This document shows positions 55,298-56,410 of a DNA stretch of 56,410 nucleotides, in pieces; the stretch's first letter is position 1, and every line of letters begins with the position of its first letter. The notes under the pieces were generated by a model. That model was not told the origin of the DNA. It searched no databases and was given only the letters and a program-made list of their open reading frames with translations. The translations under genes and the position numbers were made by a program. The DNA is taken from positions 1 to 56,410 of the forward strand of contig JAZOVD010000035.1 in NCBI GenBank assembly GCA_045658525.1, given 5' to 3'. This DNA comes from Eubacteriales bacterium (GTDB lineage: Bacteria > Bacillota > Clostridia > Oscillospirales > CAG-272).

Positions 55298-56410
55298 ATG
55301 GATCTTGATGTTGTAAAGGGCAAGCTCAGCGTAATAGGAACGGCAGGCTGCGACGAATTTCTTGAAGAAGTGGATTCCTGGCTCAAAAAATGGCACGGCA
55401 CAGACGAAACGTCTTTGATCAAGCCGCAGTATATTCGTTTCGGAACGGGCGAAGCAAAGACCGTTATAAACGATACGATGCGTAACCACGACATTTTTAT
55501 TTACGCCGATATGTTCAACCACGGCGTGACCTTCAAAATGTACGGCAAGGAATACCCCATGAGCCCTGACGATCATTTTCAGGATCTGAAAAGAGTTATC
55601 TGCGCCATCGCGGGTAAGGGACGCAGAATAAACGTCATAATGCCTATGATATACGAGGGACGTCAGGATAAGCGTACTATGCGTGAATCTCTCGATGCCG
55701 CGCTCTCTCTCCGCGAGCTTGCGGATATGGGAGTTGTAAACCTCATTTCCTTTGATATACATAACATAGGTATTCAGAACGCTATACCTATGTGCAGCTT
55801 CGATAACGTTCACCCCACCTATCAGATGATAAAGGCTCTCCTCAAAAAGGTTCCGGATATAGCTATAAACCGCGACAGCCTTATGATGATCTCCCCTGAC
55901 GAAGGCGGAATGAACCGTTGTATGTACTATTCATCTGTTCTCAAAATAGAACTTGGTACGTTCTACAAGCGCCGCGATTACAGCGTCGTAAAGGACGGTA
56001 AGAACCCCATCAAGGCTCACCAGTATCTCGGAAGAAGCGTTCGTGATAAGGACGTTATCGTTGTAGACGACATCATCTCCTCCGGAGAGTCTGTTCTGGA
56101 CGTTGCAAGACAGCTTAAGTCCAGAGGTGCAAGACGTGTATTCGTATTCGCTTCCTTCGGTCTGTTCTGCAACGGACTCAAGAAGTTCGACCGCGCATAT
56201 AAGAACGGCTTGATCGACCAGATCTTCACCACCAACCTTATCTATAGAACTCCCGAGCTGCGTGAGAGACCCTGGTACACCGAGGTCAATATGTGCAAGT
56301 ACGTTGCTCTCATGATCGCTACCCTGCACGTAGACAACAGCATCAGCAGCCTGCTCAACCCCGTTGACCGCATCCATAACCTCATCGAGAACAAGCTTGA
56401 TGAAAACGGA
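55298..56410 (+). CDS. prs: ribose-phosphate pyrophosphokinase (3'-truncated by window end)
   Basis: Not in ORF track because no stop is reached. RFGTGEAK, YEGRQDK, FDIHN, SPDEGG, KRRDYS, VDDIISSG. Confidence 0.93.
   Translation, partial: MDLDVVKGKLSVIGTAGCDEFLEEVDSWLKKWHGTDETSLIKPQYIRFGTGEAKTVINDTMRNHDIFIYADMFNHGVTFKMYGKEYPMSPDDHFQDLKRVICAIAGKGRRINVIMPMIYEGRQDKRTMRESLDAALSLRELADMGVVNLISFDIHNIGIQNAIPMCSFDNVHPTYQMIKALLKKVPDIAINRDSLMMISPDEGGMNRCMYYSSVLKIELGTFYKRRDYSVVKDGKNPIKAHQYLGRSVRDKDVIVVDDIISSGESVLDVARQLKSRGARRVFVFASFGLFCNGLKKFDRAYKNGLIDQIFTTNLIYRTPELRERPWYTEVNMCKYVALMIATLHVDNSISSLLNPVDRIHNLIENKLDENG

Noticed and set aside
55121-56377. Minus-strand ORFs 55121..55813 and 55931..56377
   Set aside because: Shadows of the plus-strand prs gene, which the ORF track missed because it runs off the window

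Overview
This 56 kb window looks like chromosome from an anaerobic Firmicute (Clostridia-like, inferred from the SCIFF locus, canonical sigma-A promoters and gene content). In order: (1) two large secreted proteins sharing a C-terminal domain, each followed directly by an unannotated ~47-49 aa peptide with a conserved leader-like motif; (2) a SipW signal peptidase operon with four TasA/camelysin-like subunits and a 1532-aa adhesin containing ten His-x-His...Cys repeats; (3) an MGH1-like glycoside hydrolase; (4) a 4xLamG-metallophosphoesterase surface protein frameshifted in its signal peptide by a 7-bp tandem duplication; (5) an SDR, the scfAB ranthipeptide locus and a PLP decarboxylase; (6) a 16.5 kb, 10-gene minus-strand operon encoding a tandem GrpE, a lid-less Hsp70, an Hsp70-vWA fusion, an HPD-less J-like/Zn-ribbon/TPR/FN3 protein, two TRAFAC GTPases, a GAP1-type protein, two membrane proteins and a transglutaminase-like protein, which resembles a chaperone-coupled double-GTPase conflict system; (7) metabolic genes (acpP, Rieske oxidoreductase, suhB, AAC(3)-family, two SGNH hydrolases, AlkP family, two HADs, esterase), five tRNAs, proS and a 3'-truncated prs. 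All calls come from reading motifs by eye; no database searches were run.
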